64,000 nucleotides of DNA from Antedon mediterranea (taxonomy: Eukaryota; Animalia; Echinodermata): positions 1,550,001 through 1,614,000 of the forward strand of contig NC_092672.1 of NCBI RefSeq assembly GCF_964355755.1, in the 5' to 3' direction. The position numbers were made by a program, and so were the translations under genes. Positions 12,719 to 38,341 of the stretch are shown piece by piece (the stretch's first letter is position 1; each line of letters starts with the position of its first letter). The notes beneath the pieces were generated by a model. The model was given only the letters and a program-made list of their open reading frames with translations, was not told the DNA's origin and made no database searches.

Positions 12719-13557
12719 TTACTGTATTACAATTCAAAATTACCCATAATTAAATTACATTAAATACTTATAATGTTTTGTTAATTAATGATAGAACATA
12801 ATATTAAATAACCATGCCTTTTTGATATGTTTAAGACATTGGTTCTTGTTCATTCAAACAAATTTGTTTTATTTAGTTAAATTATGAATTAAAAGCCATT
12901 CTCCCAATGTTCGTGTCTTAGCCACTGATGGTATTCATTTTACATAAGTTAATATTATTTGGTTATTTCTAGGAAATAGGTCTTCCTGTTTATCTTGAGA
13001 AAGTCACCAGCAGATACATATCACAACTCACACACATTACAATCAGTACAGTAGAGTACCATCAAAACATGTTTTTGTCTTTCTTGTTCATTTTACGGTC
13101 ATAGCCCACAACCCAAAATTGGCAGATTTAAATTAAAAAATACTAGTGAATCACAAGTTGAATTTTAACACTTGAAGCTTGTCTGGATTAAGTTGAATAA
13201 CTACAAAAACATGTTATTGGTTTGGTTCAGTTACTCATGTTGTGTCTGATGTTGTGTCCTATTTTGTTAAGTTAGACACAAGGAAAGAAAGGCACAGATG
13301 ATGGTGTTTTAAATTATGTACTTTTAACAATGTAGACAATATTATGGTTCTTTATTACTTGGAGCAACTATTGCATTACAGAATAATAGTAATAGCATGT
13401 CGTGCTTAAAAGCAACATTGGACATTAAAGGAGAAAATTACTTTTCCTAAAAAAAGATCTATAGTTAGACCATGGCTAGAGGAAATACAAACAATGCTGT
13501 ACACACCAGATGGTTGTATCCACTCAGGTGTATACATCAGATACAGTATTCACTATA

Positions 13558-14215
13558 ATATCTCTATGGAGTGGCACTTTCATAATGTTGTTTGTACCAT
13601 GGACCTATAAGTATAAATTATAGGTCCATATTTCATCATATTCATCCACTCTTTCCCCCTCCCCCTCTTTCGCCTTTCAGAATGTTGTTATCATTATAAT
13701 ATCTCTGGTTTACTTACATAGAGTGGCACTTTCATAATGTTGTTTGTGCATGAACCTATAAAGTATAAATTATAGGTCCATGTTTATTATTATTATTATT
13801 ATTATTTATTGCCAAAAACCAGTTACAAACAAACAAAACACAGAAACTAAGGGAGTAGGCAGGAACCTAAAAGTGAACCTAATCACTATAACAAGAGTTC
13901 AGGTTCCGTACTCCCAAAGTAACAACAATGATATAAAATAAACTATATAAAAATATTTAAAAAACAAATAGACTTGCTACATTCATATCCACTCTTTCCC
14001 CCTCCCCCTCTTTTGCCTTTCAGAATGATGTTATCATTATAATTAATATCTCTATAGTTTACATAGAGTGGCACTTTCATAATGTTGTTTGTACCATGAA
14101 CCTATAAGTATAAATTATAGGTCCATGTTTGTACCTAGTTCTCTTTCATCATATTCATTGATGTCCATACTTTTCCCCTTCCCCCCTCTTCCCCTTTCAG
14201 AATGTTATCACTGTA
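13558..14215. repeat. ~155-bp unit in three tandem copies; copy 2 interrupted by a minus-strand LINE-like 3' end (~13784-13975)
   Basis: gagtggcactttcataatgttgtttgt...ccccctccccctcttt...tttcagaatg recurs three times. The insert starts with an (ATT)n tail and contains a gaacct...aggttc hairpin. Confidence 0.75.
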
Positions 14216-14454
14216 ATTGTAATCGCTCTTTTCACCTCCTTGATCTGTTGTTGTTACAAATCGTCCAATTGGAAGAAACTATTGATGTGGTATGATATGA
14301 TGGTATCAAGTGTTTGTTTAAAAATCAATGAAGCATGACCAATTGTGTTGTTTACAATCTAACAGATGGGAAATATTCAACAATATTTGTTCAAAGACTG
14401 AGTTATTATACTGTATGTGCAAATGAATGTGTTGCACAGTTCCCAATGCAAAAT

Positions 14455-14585
14455 AGTCTGTCCGTCTGTGTGTCCATCTGTCTGTTCGTCTGTTTGTCCA
14501 TCTGTTTGTCTGTCCACTTGTGTGTCAACCTGTCTTGTCTGTTTGTGTGTCAACCTGTCTGTCTTTCCGTCTGTTTGTCTGCTCA
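14455..14585. repeat. Degenerate (TGTC)n microsatellite
   Basis: tctgtccgtctgtgtgtccatctgtctg... Confidence 0.8.
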
Positions 14586-16409
14586 GTTTTATATCATTGA
14601 ATGATGCTGTGAACCATTTCTGTCAAAATTTTGTCACCCTGAAGTCAAAGTTAGCCCAACTCAATGCTATGATAAATGTACCAGGTATTATTTTATAGTT
14701 TAAACCATGGAGAAACTTATTTCTCCACGTTTAAACTGTGTATAAACTTCCTTTAATTACCGACCCAACTTAAAACTAAATAGATGATGGTGGTTGAGTT
14801 TTTTTTTCTAAATTAAGAAATATCAAAAGTCAAAACAGAGCTGAAAACATTAAACAATCACAGAAATATCTACATTTATAAAACCTATTTTTGTCCACAT
14901 TTTTTTTTCTGACAAATTAAATTTTATTTGTCTGACCTTGTTTTTAAACTAGGTTCAGGTTGTTATTGGTTTCAATCAATATGATACATATGTGACCTTT
15001 CTGTGACCTTCGATCACTCTGGTAAACAAAACTTGAGTCACATGGCAGATTTTCTATTGGAGAAATTTAATTTTTTTGTAAATTTAAATCTCAATCAATA
15101 ATATTTATTGTCGGTGTATTATTTATAGGTGTTTATCAACTTTGTGGATAAAGCATACGTACACTTTTTACTAACACCTTCTCTCTCCCCCACTCCCCCT
15201 CTCAGAAAAAGAAGTGTGTTTTATTTAGAGCAAAGAGGAGGCACATAATCAATTATTTATTAATATCAATATAAGTAATTTAAAAAAAATAATAGTGATC
15301 TTATATTTTTATATCTATATCAATAATTGTTAGTGTAATTATGATGTGAAGCGCTTTGATCAATTAAATTGGAAAAGCACTGTATAATTATAAGCTATTA
15401 TTATTATTAATAGAATTGATGTATTGAACATTGTACACACACATGGCTATAATCATTCAATTTGCGGTATTACTATTGTTTTAAAAAGAAAAAAAATTGT
15501 GAAAGTTTTTATGCATTGTTCTTTGTTCTCATTGAAGCACTGACAATTGTATCTAATTACAGCTATCCTCCCCAAAACAGGAACTAAATTATTAATATAC
15601 AAACTTAGATAACACAATTGATTGGTTGTAATAGAAAGCAATCACAACATCCTCACACAAACATATTTGCAGCATTGTTATTGTCAAAACTAACTTTTCG
15701 GCTTAAGCAAACAATCAAAGGTGGTTTACTCTCGATATTGTCATGGGCGGTGATGCATGACCTTCTAGATATCCTTTTTTAAATGCTTCCTCATTCAAGA
15801 CTCTAATGCTGTAAACTGTTTTTTCCCATTTTGCGAGTTCTTCAAAACAACATTTGAGTCATGTAGCTGATTTTATTCACACTCAATACAGTTTTATTAA
15901 AATATTTACAAAAAATTGGGTGGGGGTGGGTGGAGTTTGAGTAAAGGCCAAAAGAACAGCGTCGCTGTACGACGAGGCCCAACGAGTCGTCTCGTCGGAA
16001 GAAAGTTAAACATGTTTACAGTTCTCCCGACGACCTAAAACTACACCCAACGCTATCTCAAGACTACTTGTTGTCTCATCGGGATTCAACACAGACAGCA
16101 CCGACTGGTCAAGACGTTTCGTCAGGCCTTAATAAGTTCGCGTTAACTGTGATTTAGTCCAGTACTTACTTTCAATACATAATTTAATCTCACCATGTCC
16201 ATGATCTTACACAGCATTTATTATTTCTGCTGTTAAATATTTTAAAGATTAGACAGGACACTTGGTATAACGCTTAAGTTGTGCTTTGTTCCTGTAATTA
16301 GTTGTCATTCTTTTCTTTTTTCCAATACTGTATGTTTCATTTTCATTTTCCCATCATTTCATGGTTATAAACTTAATTTAAAGTGTAGTAAAAGCAGTTT
16401 TTATGAGAA

Positions 16410-16625
16410 TGAAAAAATTGATGACAAAACATGAATATTATTGAGAATATTGCAGAAATATTGATGACAAAACGTGAATATTGATGAAGACATGACATGA
16501 ATTTTAATGAGCACTTGACATGAATATTGATGAGCACTTGACATGAATATTGATGAGGACATAGCATGAATATTGATGAGGATGTATCATGAATATTAAT
16601 GAGGACATTGAATTTTGTATGAATA
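16410..16625. repeat. ~21-bp minisatellite
   Basis: Repeated catgaatattgatgag core. Confidence 0.75.
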
Positions 16626-16731
16626 TGAGACTTCCTAGTGATGTACAGTATAAGCCATTACTCTTTGATAAATTAACAACAGTTTGGTTGTTTTTTTTTC
16701 TTATTAGGTTTTTTGATTTGTAACATTCACA

Positions 16732-28869
<12,138 letters not shown>

Positions 28870-28899
28870 ATATTCAATGAATATTAACATATATATTAT

Positions 28900-29170
28900 G
28901 AATATGCAGTGAATTAGATATACAATGAATGAATATTTCATGTATATCTTATGAATATTCAGTGGATTAGATATTCAATGAATGAATATTTTATGTAAAA
29001 CTTATGAATATGCAGTGAATTAGATATACAATGAATGGATATTTTATGTATACCTTATGAATATTCAGTGGATTAGATATTCAATGAATGAATATTTTAT
29101 GTGTATCTTATGAATATTCAGTGTATTAGGTATACAATGAATGGATATTTCATGTATATCTTATGAATAT
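28900..29170. repeat. 53-bp minisatellite (5 copies) at the start of the PI3K 3' UTR
   Basis: gaatat(g/t)cagtg(a/g)attagatat(a/t)caatgaatg(a/g)atattt..tgt..a.cttat. Confidence 0.85.
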
Positions 29171-31627
29171 TATCTTTATGCCAATTAGTTGATGTATAAT
29201 AATTGTGAAATATATTGTTTTTATAATGAAATACTCATTTGTGTGCAGTAATCTGTTTACACATATAAATACACCTATAAATAACGTTATTACAATTCCA
29301 AGTTATGGAGTGTAATACACACAATCTGGTTTTGTATATCTTTCCATGTATCTGTATACATATGTATACTTTGTATATATGCTCCTAGATAGCTTAATGA
29401 ATTGAATTATATTTATTAGCATAATTTCTGATTAATTTTAAATTATCATGGAGTGATTCTTATTGCTCAGATTAACAACATTGACTCTCAGACAAATGGG
29501 CATTTAGTTTCTGACCGTACAAAATGTAATTGTGACCACTGGTTGGTGGTACAGTAGGGGAGTGACAAACTCTTAGTTAGTAAATTAGGTAATTATTTAT
29601 TTTATATGATAATTTGCTTATTGTTATTATTTGTATACAAGTATTAAATTGTTTAGATAAATGTATTTTCTTAAGCGTGTTTCGTTACTATATTTTAATA
29701 ATGTGTCTAAATTAGCAGCATTTTTTATTTTAAATTTCAAGAATACTTTTTTTCTATATGGTATTAAGATTAACATTATATATTTGTTTGAAGGTTTGCT
29801 TGGCGAAATCAGTATGTTGATGATAATTATAAAATTTGCGGTACATCACAAATTGTTCTGAAAAGAAACTCAACTGTTTTTTTCAGAGAAACTCAACAGT
29901 TCTCACTTTTTTTTTTATCAAGATTAAATGTGCTTAATACATGCTAGTATTCGCTGTATTTTTGTTTGCCTAAATAAGTGTATTTAAAGAAAGTTATATT
30001 TGCTTTGCTTTTTTCAGTATTTGAAAAATTGTTAATAATTTATGTAGATTAAATTTGGAATTTTTTTTTTTTCAAAAAAGTTTTTTTTCCACAAAAAATT
30101 GTATTTTTCTTTTTTCAACTTTTATAATTGTATCGTAAAGAATGCTTCATGATTCCACGCTTATGCAAAAAAAACTGAATTTTATGATATTAAATGGAGT
30201 ACTGTGGTAAATATAGTACTATGTGTTGTCAGGACCAAAACATTGCTATGCATTTGACGGCTATGCAAACATGGCTGTAACATTACGGTGTATTTGTAGA
30301 CGCATTTTGTAAGAAAGATGTTTCAAATAACGTAGAGTGACTGTGTGTTTCTAAAATCAAGTGTTTGACTGTATCAAAAACTAATGATATTATACTAAAT
30401 ATATTAAGATATTGTTCCCTTCAAAATATGGGGTGGTTTTTTTTTCAGTTGAATATGTTATTCTATTGTCACATAATAGTTATTCTTTTTCACTAAAATT
30501 AAAAAATAAAAATATCTACCTGACAAAACTAATTTTTTTTTAAAGTGAAATCATATTTTTTCTTGGACAAAACATTTCATTTCAGAAGTGTTTATTCTTT
30601 AATTATTTTTGGCTAAAAAAATTGTGATATGCCCAAATATGGTAGTTATATGACATCATCGTGTCCATATATGGGAACGTCACAAACTAGTTTGATAGTG
30701 TGGACAGAGCCTAAGTAAAATTGTAGAATTTTAAACGTTTATATAAATAGTTTAGATTGCAATGCCAATTATACATAATTCCACTTGTAACATAAAACAT
30801 TCGGAAGAAGGACTAATAATATAAATACACTAATGATCATTGTTATCATGCATAACAAATTATATAACCAACTAGATAAAACAGTACAAATGATGCAGTA
30901 CAAGTCTATGACGTAAAAACATAACTTATTATTTTTATAAGAATGTATTAGAATTTGATTGGTAAAAAGAAATTTATAACAAATAATTTAATTTGGTAAT
31001 ACATGTTTGTAAACAATGACATAGTTCATTTATAGTTTATTGTCTTTAGTTGTAAAAATGTGTAAAATGTGATGTCACAACTATTGATGTGTGTAGTATT
31101 AAAAGATATGTAGAGCGTATACCCCAGGGTGGGCTTATACCTGAGTAAGACGATTGTCTTTCTCCTCGTGTGTGTGTCTAAACGCTTTAATTTATATTTG
31201 CAGCTCTTGAATTTAATTTAATTTATAAATCTTAATTTAATATTTTTGGACCAAATCATGAAGAAAATGTATGTATCAATGGAAAATAACACATTTTTCT
31301 GTTTTATGTGATTTTTGTCACTATTAATTTTTTATTGAAAATAAGTGAATGTTTTGTTTGATTTTAATTTTAACTTGCAGATAAACTTATTTTGTATTAT
31401 TTAGAATCATTTTCTTATTATAGACAATATTGTATTTTCTGTTTTTTTCTTCGTAAATAAATTACAGTATATGAATAAATATTGAATATTGTTTTCTGTT
31501 CAGTGTACACTTTCTCCATTCGCGCCACCAGCAAACTGAGTTGATGAATATGCAACATATGATAATTAGTCGTGCCCTTTGACATCTATGCTCAGTACGC
31601 TAAGAAGAAGATACCAAACCTGCAAAG

Positions 31628-34600
31628 ATGGCGATGGCACTTTACCTTGAGCAATACTTAGACAGTAAGAAACATAGCCTAATCAATTTATTAAGCATTT
31701 AAAAGATATTAATACTAATTTATAATACTCCTTAATTACTTAGGTGTTTGTCAAATGCATTGTAATTGCCTTTTTGTAATCAAAATATGCTGTTTTTCAC
31801 TCCGGTTTTGGCTAGGTATCTTTTCACGCCTGACTGAGTTTTCGAAGGCCGCTGTGTGACGTGTGAACGTTTGAATGGTTTCGCGGGTGATTGAAATCCA
31901 CTTTAGTTTTTGGTCTAGGCTAGGCCTAGCTTGGAGGTCTAGCGTAATATTTGTTCCGCAAACTAGAGCATTATTACAACGTTAACATTTTTGCTGCACT
32001 CCCAGAAAAAAAAGGAATTTGCATACCACCATTCCATTTGCCAACAAATAGAATGGTGGTATTTGGGAATTCCATCCCATCCCTCCACGTACCTACCCAC
32101 GGTCCTAGATAGAGGCCTAGGGTAACTAGAGGCCTAGTATAGGCCTATTAGTATATGTCGTGATAAATAATGACATGCCACTAGCACTATACAGTTAATA
32201 TATGCCGATGACACAGTCATCACTGGATACATTACTGGCAATGATGAAACAAGCTATAGACAACTAGGATGTGATTTTTATCACTGGTGCTGCAATAACA
32301 ACCTGAAACTAAACATAAAGAAAACAAAAGAAATGCAAATTGATTTTAGGAAAATTAAAGAACCCTTAGAACCTCTGATTATAAATGAAAATGAGATTGA
32401 AGTAGTACTAGTAAATGAGTACAAATATCTGGGTTGTATAATTGACAATAAGCTAAATTGGATAAATAATGTAAATAAAGCCACATGCAAAGCCAACCAA
32501 AGGATGTTTATTTTAAGAAAAATGAAGTACCTACAAATTGACAAAACTATACTTAAATTGTTTTATAACTCTGTAATTCTCAGTGTAATACTTTTTTGTA
32601 ATGTTTGTTTTTATGGTAATACAATGCAAAAAGATAAAATTAAACTTAATCGAATAGGAAATAGAGCAATTAGACTAGTAGGAGAGCACTTACCTGATGT
32701 TGAATCCTTGTATAAAGAAAATGTGTTAAAAAAAGTAAAAAGTATCATTGATGATGAAACACATCCTCTTCACAAACAATTTGCTCTCATGAATTCTGGC
32801 ATAAGACTACGTGCACTTAATACCAAAACAAAACGGTTTAGGTGCTCGTTTGTACCTAATGCTATACACTTATATAACTCCAGAGTACAAAGGTAAAATG
32901 TAACCGATAATTTTTATCTAATTTTAACAATTTTTAGCCTCTTAACTTTTTGTGTGTTTTTTTGTAAATTGTATTTTATATTTTTGTATTTTGCCAGTTT
33001 TCAAATCACATTTCTGTTTTTTAAATGGACAATAAAGTATATATGACTATGACTACAGTATGACTATGACTATGATAGGCCTACTTGGTATGGTCATAAT
33101 AAGGTTTATCGGAAATAGCGTGCGCGATACACGCATGCTGGGACGGGTTTGGGAGCTAACGTCCCAAAACAAAACGTCCCAATCCCTTACCATCATTCAT
33201 GACGTTACTTGTGAAATCAGGCTATTTGCGATAAACCTTATTACGTTTTAATAATAATATTAAATATTATTTAGGCTCTCTTCCTTATTCAAATATTTGT
33301 ATTTTAATTTTTACGAAAAACAGTGGTAACTGGTAGGTAGGCTCTATCTCATGGTGGCATATTATATATACACCATAATATATATAGCCTAGGCATACAG
33401 TGAAAATTATTAGGTTATATGCATTATCATGCATATAACCTCTTGATTCTGTCAAAATCTTTATTTATTTATTCTTTCCTTAGCACTATTTTGTCCGTGA
33501 ATTATCTTGATATCAGTTTCATCTATCTAAGTCAATTTTTCAGAGTATATTCCTTATGGCCAGGAATCGATGTGGTTATATTTTCACGATGCGTAATCAA
33601 AAATTACGCGGTCTACGCAATCACGTTTGTAATCATATCTTCACAAGCATGAATCACAATTAAACAAAATTTGGTACTCATAAATTTCAGGTCATATTTC
33701 ATCATATGGCAATACAATTACGTGCGTAGCGCATATAACGCTTGCGTACGCGCGCTTAAAATGTTCAAAATTGTCAAAATTTATTTTCGATGAAATTAGA
33801 GTACGTTTCAGGCAATTTTAAGCGTTTAAAAAATTGCCATGAGTGCGCAGATTTTTGCACGCGCACTGCGCGTTATACGTTAATGCGCACTCTTTTTGTC
33901 CGATTTCGGTTGTACAACCTTTCTTTAATAATATCATCATATTTTATTCACTTTTCAACGCGTAATTGCCTTATACGAGCACGTCAAAAGTGACAGGCTA
34001 CGCATGTGTAAGTTAACAAAATGGTGAAAATATGCTAAATTTTAAAATTAATATAGATCGTCAGAATGCTCGGGAACACATATTTTTTATTTAATTTTCT
34101 TGAAGTGTATGTATCTTATGTATGATTTATTATTAAACTAAGGGAACAAAAGTTGATTAAGCCATAATTAATTGCATATTAAATTAAAAAAAATTCATTT
34201 CGACAATCAAACAAATTATGACATTTTCTTAGGCCAAAATAACAAACTTAACATTAACTTTCTTCCTTCAAAAGTTCATATATTAAAGTTAAAAGTATAT
34301 AGTTTGACAGTGCATCATTTTTGTACATTTTTAGAGATGTCATCATAGTAAAAAATTATAATTCATTGCGGTATGTAATAATCTATCTGCACCAAAGTGG
34401 TTACTGCATAGTAAATACACGGAGGAATTTTTCTACAATTTTTAGTCAGTTGTGTATGGCTCGGTGGTGTGTGCTCGTGTCTATGGCACTCAAGGTACCG
34501 AGATCGAGTCTCACCTTGGGAAACGAAATAAATTTTTTTTTTTATTATCCGTATTGTTTGTTCAAATTTATTTCTTAGTGTATATATTATACACATGATT

Positions 34601-37149
34601 TATAATGAAATCTAGATAAAAAATAACTTATGTCTTTATTATTATGTAACAGCAAATGTGGTTTATGACATTATACGCAGAGGGATCTTTGATCGGATTG
34701 TGATACCGGCTATTGTATTCGCGTTAGCAAGGTCCTATCATATATTATATATTATTTAAAGAATCTGAGAAAATCAATGAATCAAAATATCTTTTAAAAA
34801 TAAATTATCTTTATTTTAATTATCAATGCATATAACCTATAATTCGTCATAGTGACGAATTAAATCTAGTTTAGATTTTTAATTCTAATGTAATTTATTT
34901 TATTTATACTTTATAGGCTTTAGTTTTCTTTAACTTTTAATACTGTTATTGTTGTATTTTGTGTATTGTATCTGTTCTGAGGGTCCCAAATGATCAACAA
35001 TTGCTGGATGGATCACCCTCATTAAATATGGTTCAAATAAAAATAAATAAATATAGCTTATTTATGATTATACAGTGCATGTGTTTGTGTGTTTTCCTTT
35101 TCACAGGTATTGAGAACCTGCCATTTGAATTACAGAGAAACTTCACTTTAATGCGAGATTTAGACCAGAGATCTCAAGGTATGAATTTTACAGATTTTTA
35201 TATTATTTCCTTGTAGCAGAAAGTTTGATTATTTAATTACATCACCCTACTTGTACTGTACATACTAACAATTTAAATTATATTTTTCAATCTAACATTT
35301 GTTTTAAATTATTTTTATTTTAATTTTTTATTTTAGACTTATCGAAGGAGATTGACGGCATGACAAAAGAGTACATAACATCGGTGAAGTCATTGACACC
35401 AACTAAACGCAACGACCTCCTGAATAAGATCGACGATGCATTTTCCAAGAGTCGTGAATTCGGGGATGATAAAGTTCAGCTAGCTATGCAAACCTATGAA
35501 ATGGTATGAAGTTTATTTTAAAAGATTTAGTTATCATTCCATTTATAATTGCCACACTCAACTTGTAGAATTAAACTTCAGTTCCTGCTGGTAGCTTCTT
35601 TCATTTTTCTCCTTGGTAAAGCTCTGTCTACACTGCCAAACTAGTTTGACAAACAATGTGCGATGTGCCCAAATGTGGTAGTGATATTTCCAAATAATAT
35701 GGTAGTGATATAACATCATCATGTCCATATATGGGCACATCACATTTTTTTTCATATAAAGTTTGATAGTGTAGACAGAGCTTAAGAACAAAACAAATTA
35801 TCTTTAAGGTGGACAAGCACATTCGGAGGTTAGATTCTGATCTTGCTAGATTTGAAATGGAGTTGAAAGAAAGACAAATGGACCAAACACCTGATCACAT
35901 TGACAGCTCAGCAGAAAAAAATAGTGAGTTATTAGTTATTATTCTCGTTTCACATACACTGTTTAATTGATAGTGACCTATGACCTAGGCTATACATTAA
36001 CCCTTCTGCACATTTTATTTGACCTATGACATGTTTACTCTACAAATCCACAGAAATCCTAGCAAATCTTAATGAAAAGTACTTGTTATTTTTATTAAAT
36101 CTCCTTTTGACTTTCAGAAAAGGGAAGGAAAAAAGAAAAGAAAAAACTGAAAAAAGGTTCAATATCCGATGATGAAATACCAAAAACGTCGCGAAAGAAA
36201 ATGAAAACACAGCTGTAAGTTTAATATCCAAACAGTTTGTATTTTAATACTAATTCTTACGTCTTTCATCATTACCCCCTCTTATCATGTACAACAGTTT
36301 AACCTATGTTTTTGTTTTTCCAACAGAGTTGAAACTGTGACACCAACACTAATTCTTCCATCTGTCATCACCACCCCCTCTGATGTGCTTGACATGCCCG
36401 TGGATCCAAATGAACCAACGTATTGTTTGTGTCATCAAGTTTCTTATGGAGAGATGATAGGATGTGATAACCCAGACGTAAGTGCTTGTTTAACATGAAT
36501 GAATAAATAGTCCCAAAATGTTCAAATTATTTCTAACATTGGAATGTGTTTAATTAACCAACAGACAACACGCCTGAATTGGCAGACATGATGTAACCTT
36601 TAGAGAGAAGGCTGTAGGGGTCATCTAAGTAAACAGTGATCGTTGGAATACAAGTGTTAATTGTTATTATTTATTTTTCAGTGTCCGATTGAATGGTTTC
36701 ATTTTGCCTGTGTTGGATTGACAACAAAGCCAAAAGGAAAATGGTAATTCTTTAAAATAGTTTATAATTAATGTCACTTAATAATATTTAAAATATCTTT
36801 ACTGAAGATTTTTTTGGTTTATTTATTAGTATACAGTTCAAACACTGTAATTTGCAATTTTGTTTTATTTAAAAAAAATATTGTTGTAAAACATTGCCTG
36901 TAAGAGGGAACTTTCCTGTTCGAATGTTTTTGTGCCAAAAAAAAAAAAGAAGAGCAACCAGTATCGTATATTTCTGATGAAAAATAACTGACCCAATTGC
37001 TTAGTCCCAACCTCCTTCAGTGCCACGCCTATACCCAATTGCTTTATGCTTATTCCTAACCTTCAGTGCCACGCCTATATCTTTATTTTATTATATTAAA
37101 TATTGACAGGTTTTGTCCTCGATGTATGCCAGAGAAAAAGAAGAAATAG
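31628..37149 (+). CDS. ING4: Inhibitor of growth protein 4/5 (ING N-terminal domain + PHD finger, 246 aa, 8 exons)
   Basis: Exons 31628-31664, 35107-35178, 35337-35503, 35809-35923, 36118-36214, 36327-36477, 36682-36743, 37110-37149 (741 nt). [25 protein letters not shown]...[25 protein letters not shown]...[38 protein letters not shown]...WFCPRC. Mix of ING4- and ING5-like residues. Confidence 0.93.
32148..33074 (+). mobile_element. 5'-truncated Rex1/Babar-type LINE (RT C-terminal half) in ING intron 1
   Basis: Open frame 32174-32896: YADDT...WC.NN.L.LNI.KTKEM.IDFRK...YKYLG.IID.KL.W...KANQR.F.LRK...HPLH..F....SG.R...KT.RF..SFVP.AI.LYN. AATAAA then a (TATGAC)n tail. Possible TSD ATAGGCCTA at 32139-32147 and 33075-33083. 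Confidence 0.88.
33396..34854. mobile_element. Probable non-autonomous DNA element with ~30-bp imperfect inverted ends and an embedded tRNA-SINE head (~34450-34520)
   Basis: tacagtgaaaattattaggttatatgcatt vs reverse complement cactatgacgaattataggttatatgcatt; CpG-rich interior; no TSD resolved. Confidence 0.45.
35620..35782. mobile_element. MITE family A copy, TAA TSD (ING intron 3)
   Basis: TAA-agctctgtctacac...gtgtagacagagct-TAA. Confidence 0.88.
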
Positions 37150-37784
37150 CATTCAGTGAAAAAGAATCAACAGTGTGTGTGAATAGATGTATAAACAAAA
37201 TGTGCGATTAGAGGGCTGAACAAATCTTATTCCCATTTCCTGGTTATGTAAAGTATATTTTCTCCTGTGAACAAACACTTTTTGTGATGTCACTGGCTAT
37301 ATTCAATATGTGACTGCTAACTACTCTTTTTGAGAGTTAAACAAAATACATTTTCTGTCATTTTTTTTTTCTGAAGATAAATGGCAAATTACACCTAATA
37401 TAATTCTGTATAAATAATATAAATAACGAATAATTAAACAGTGAAATGTTACTGCTAACATTTACATTTTATTACTGTTTAATATCTGTCAAATGTATTT
37501 AAGGTATTGTTTAAGGAATTCCTTGTCTTGTAATGTCATAAAGTAAAATAAAATCGTATTTAAAAGTATTTCTATAACTAGCTGCTGCTGCTCCTATCAC
37601 TTTCATAATCTTAGATGTGCCACTGTTAGTAAATACTGTATCATGTGTTTTACCACACTAACTGACAGGGGTGTAAACTCCCTCTACATTTTAGGAAATT
37701 CAGGAATATTCCGATGGGTACTTATATTGGCGGTCACCTCTCTGTTCCTAAATGTCACCAAATGTATTTGAAGGAGGTGGGCAC

Positions 37785-37915
37785 TGCTACTGCTTGTACC
37801 CACGTCCGTATGTTGTGAGGGCGCTGCTTGTACCCCTGTCCGTATGTTGTGAAGGCGCTGCTTGTACCCCTATCAGTATTGTGAGGGCGCTGCTTGTACC
37901 CTGTCCGTATGTTGT
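37785..37915. repeat. ~34-bp minisatellite (4 copies) downstream of ING
   Basis: gcgctgcttgtacccctgtccgtatgttgtga unit. Confidence 0.8.
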
Positions 37916-38341
37916 TTATAGTGCAAACTTTCAAATTACTTTTGTACATCGTAAATAATTAATATGCTTTTATTTAATATAGAGCAAGTTAAATGTAAAT
38001 AAAGGTTTTAGTATTGAAACATTGAAGATGGTTGTTTTATTTTTTAATAACAATATTTTTTTATAATTTTTGTTGTTGATGCCATTTTACTGTCAACTTG
38101 GTACTCTGTATTTCAATTTGACCTAAAATTTAAATTTGGAAATTGTTTTTTTTTAAACAAAATGCAATTTATAGCAAAAACAAATTTCAATTTTGTCTTT
38201 TTATAAATGAAAACATCTTTTTTTGACCAACGTGATTAACTTTATTAAAACTTTAAGCAATACGATAAATAAAGCAATAAATTTTAAAATAAACTGTCTT
38301 CCTTCTTGATCACATTACAAAAAAAAGAAAAAAAAACAACG

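Noticed and set aside
15945-16129. Possible Harbinger MITE (TAA-aggcc...ggcct-TAA)
   Set aside because: Only a 5-bp terminal match; too weak to call as a feature.
33350-33377. Fourth CATGG micro-palindrome (catggtg...caccata)
   Set aside because: The flanks (tctatct / atatata) do not form a TSD, so it is not counted as a footprint.
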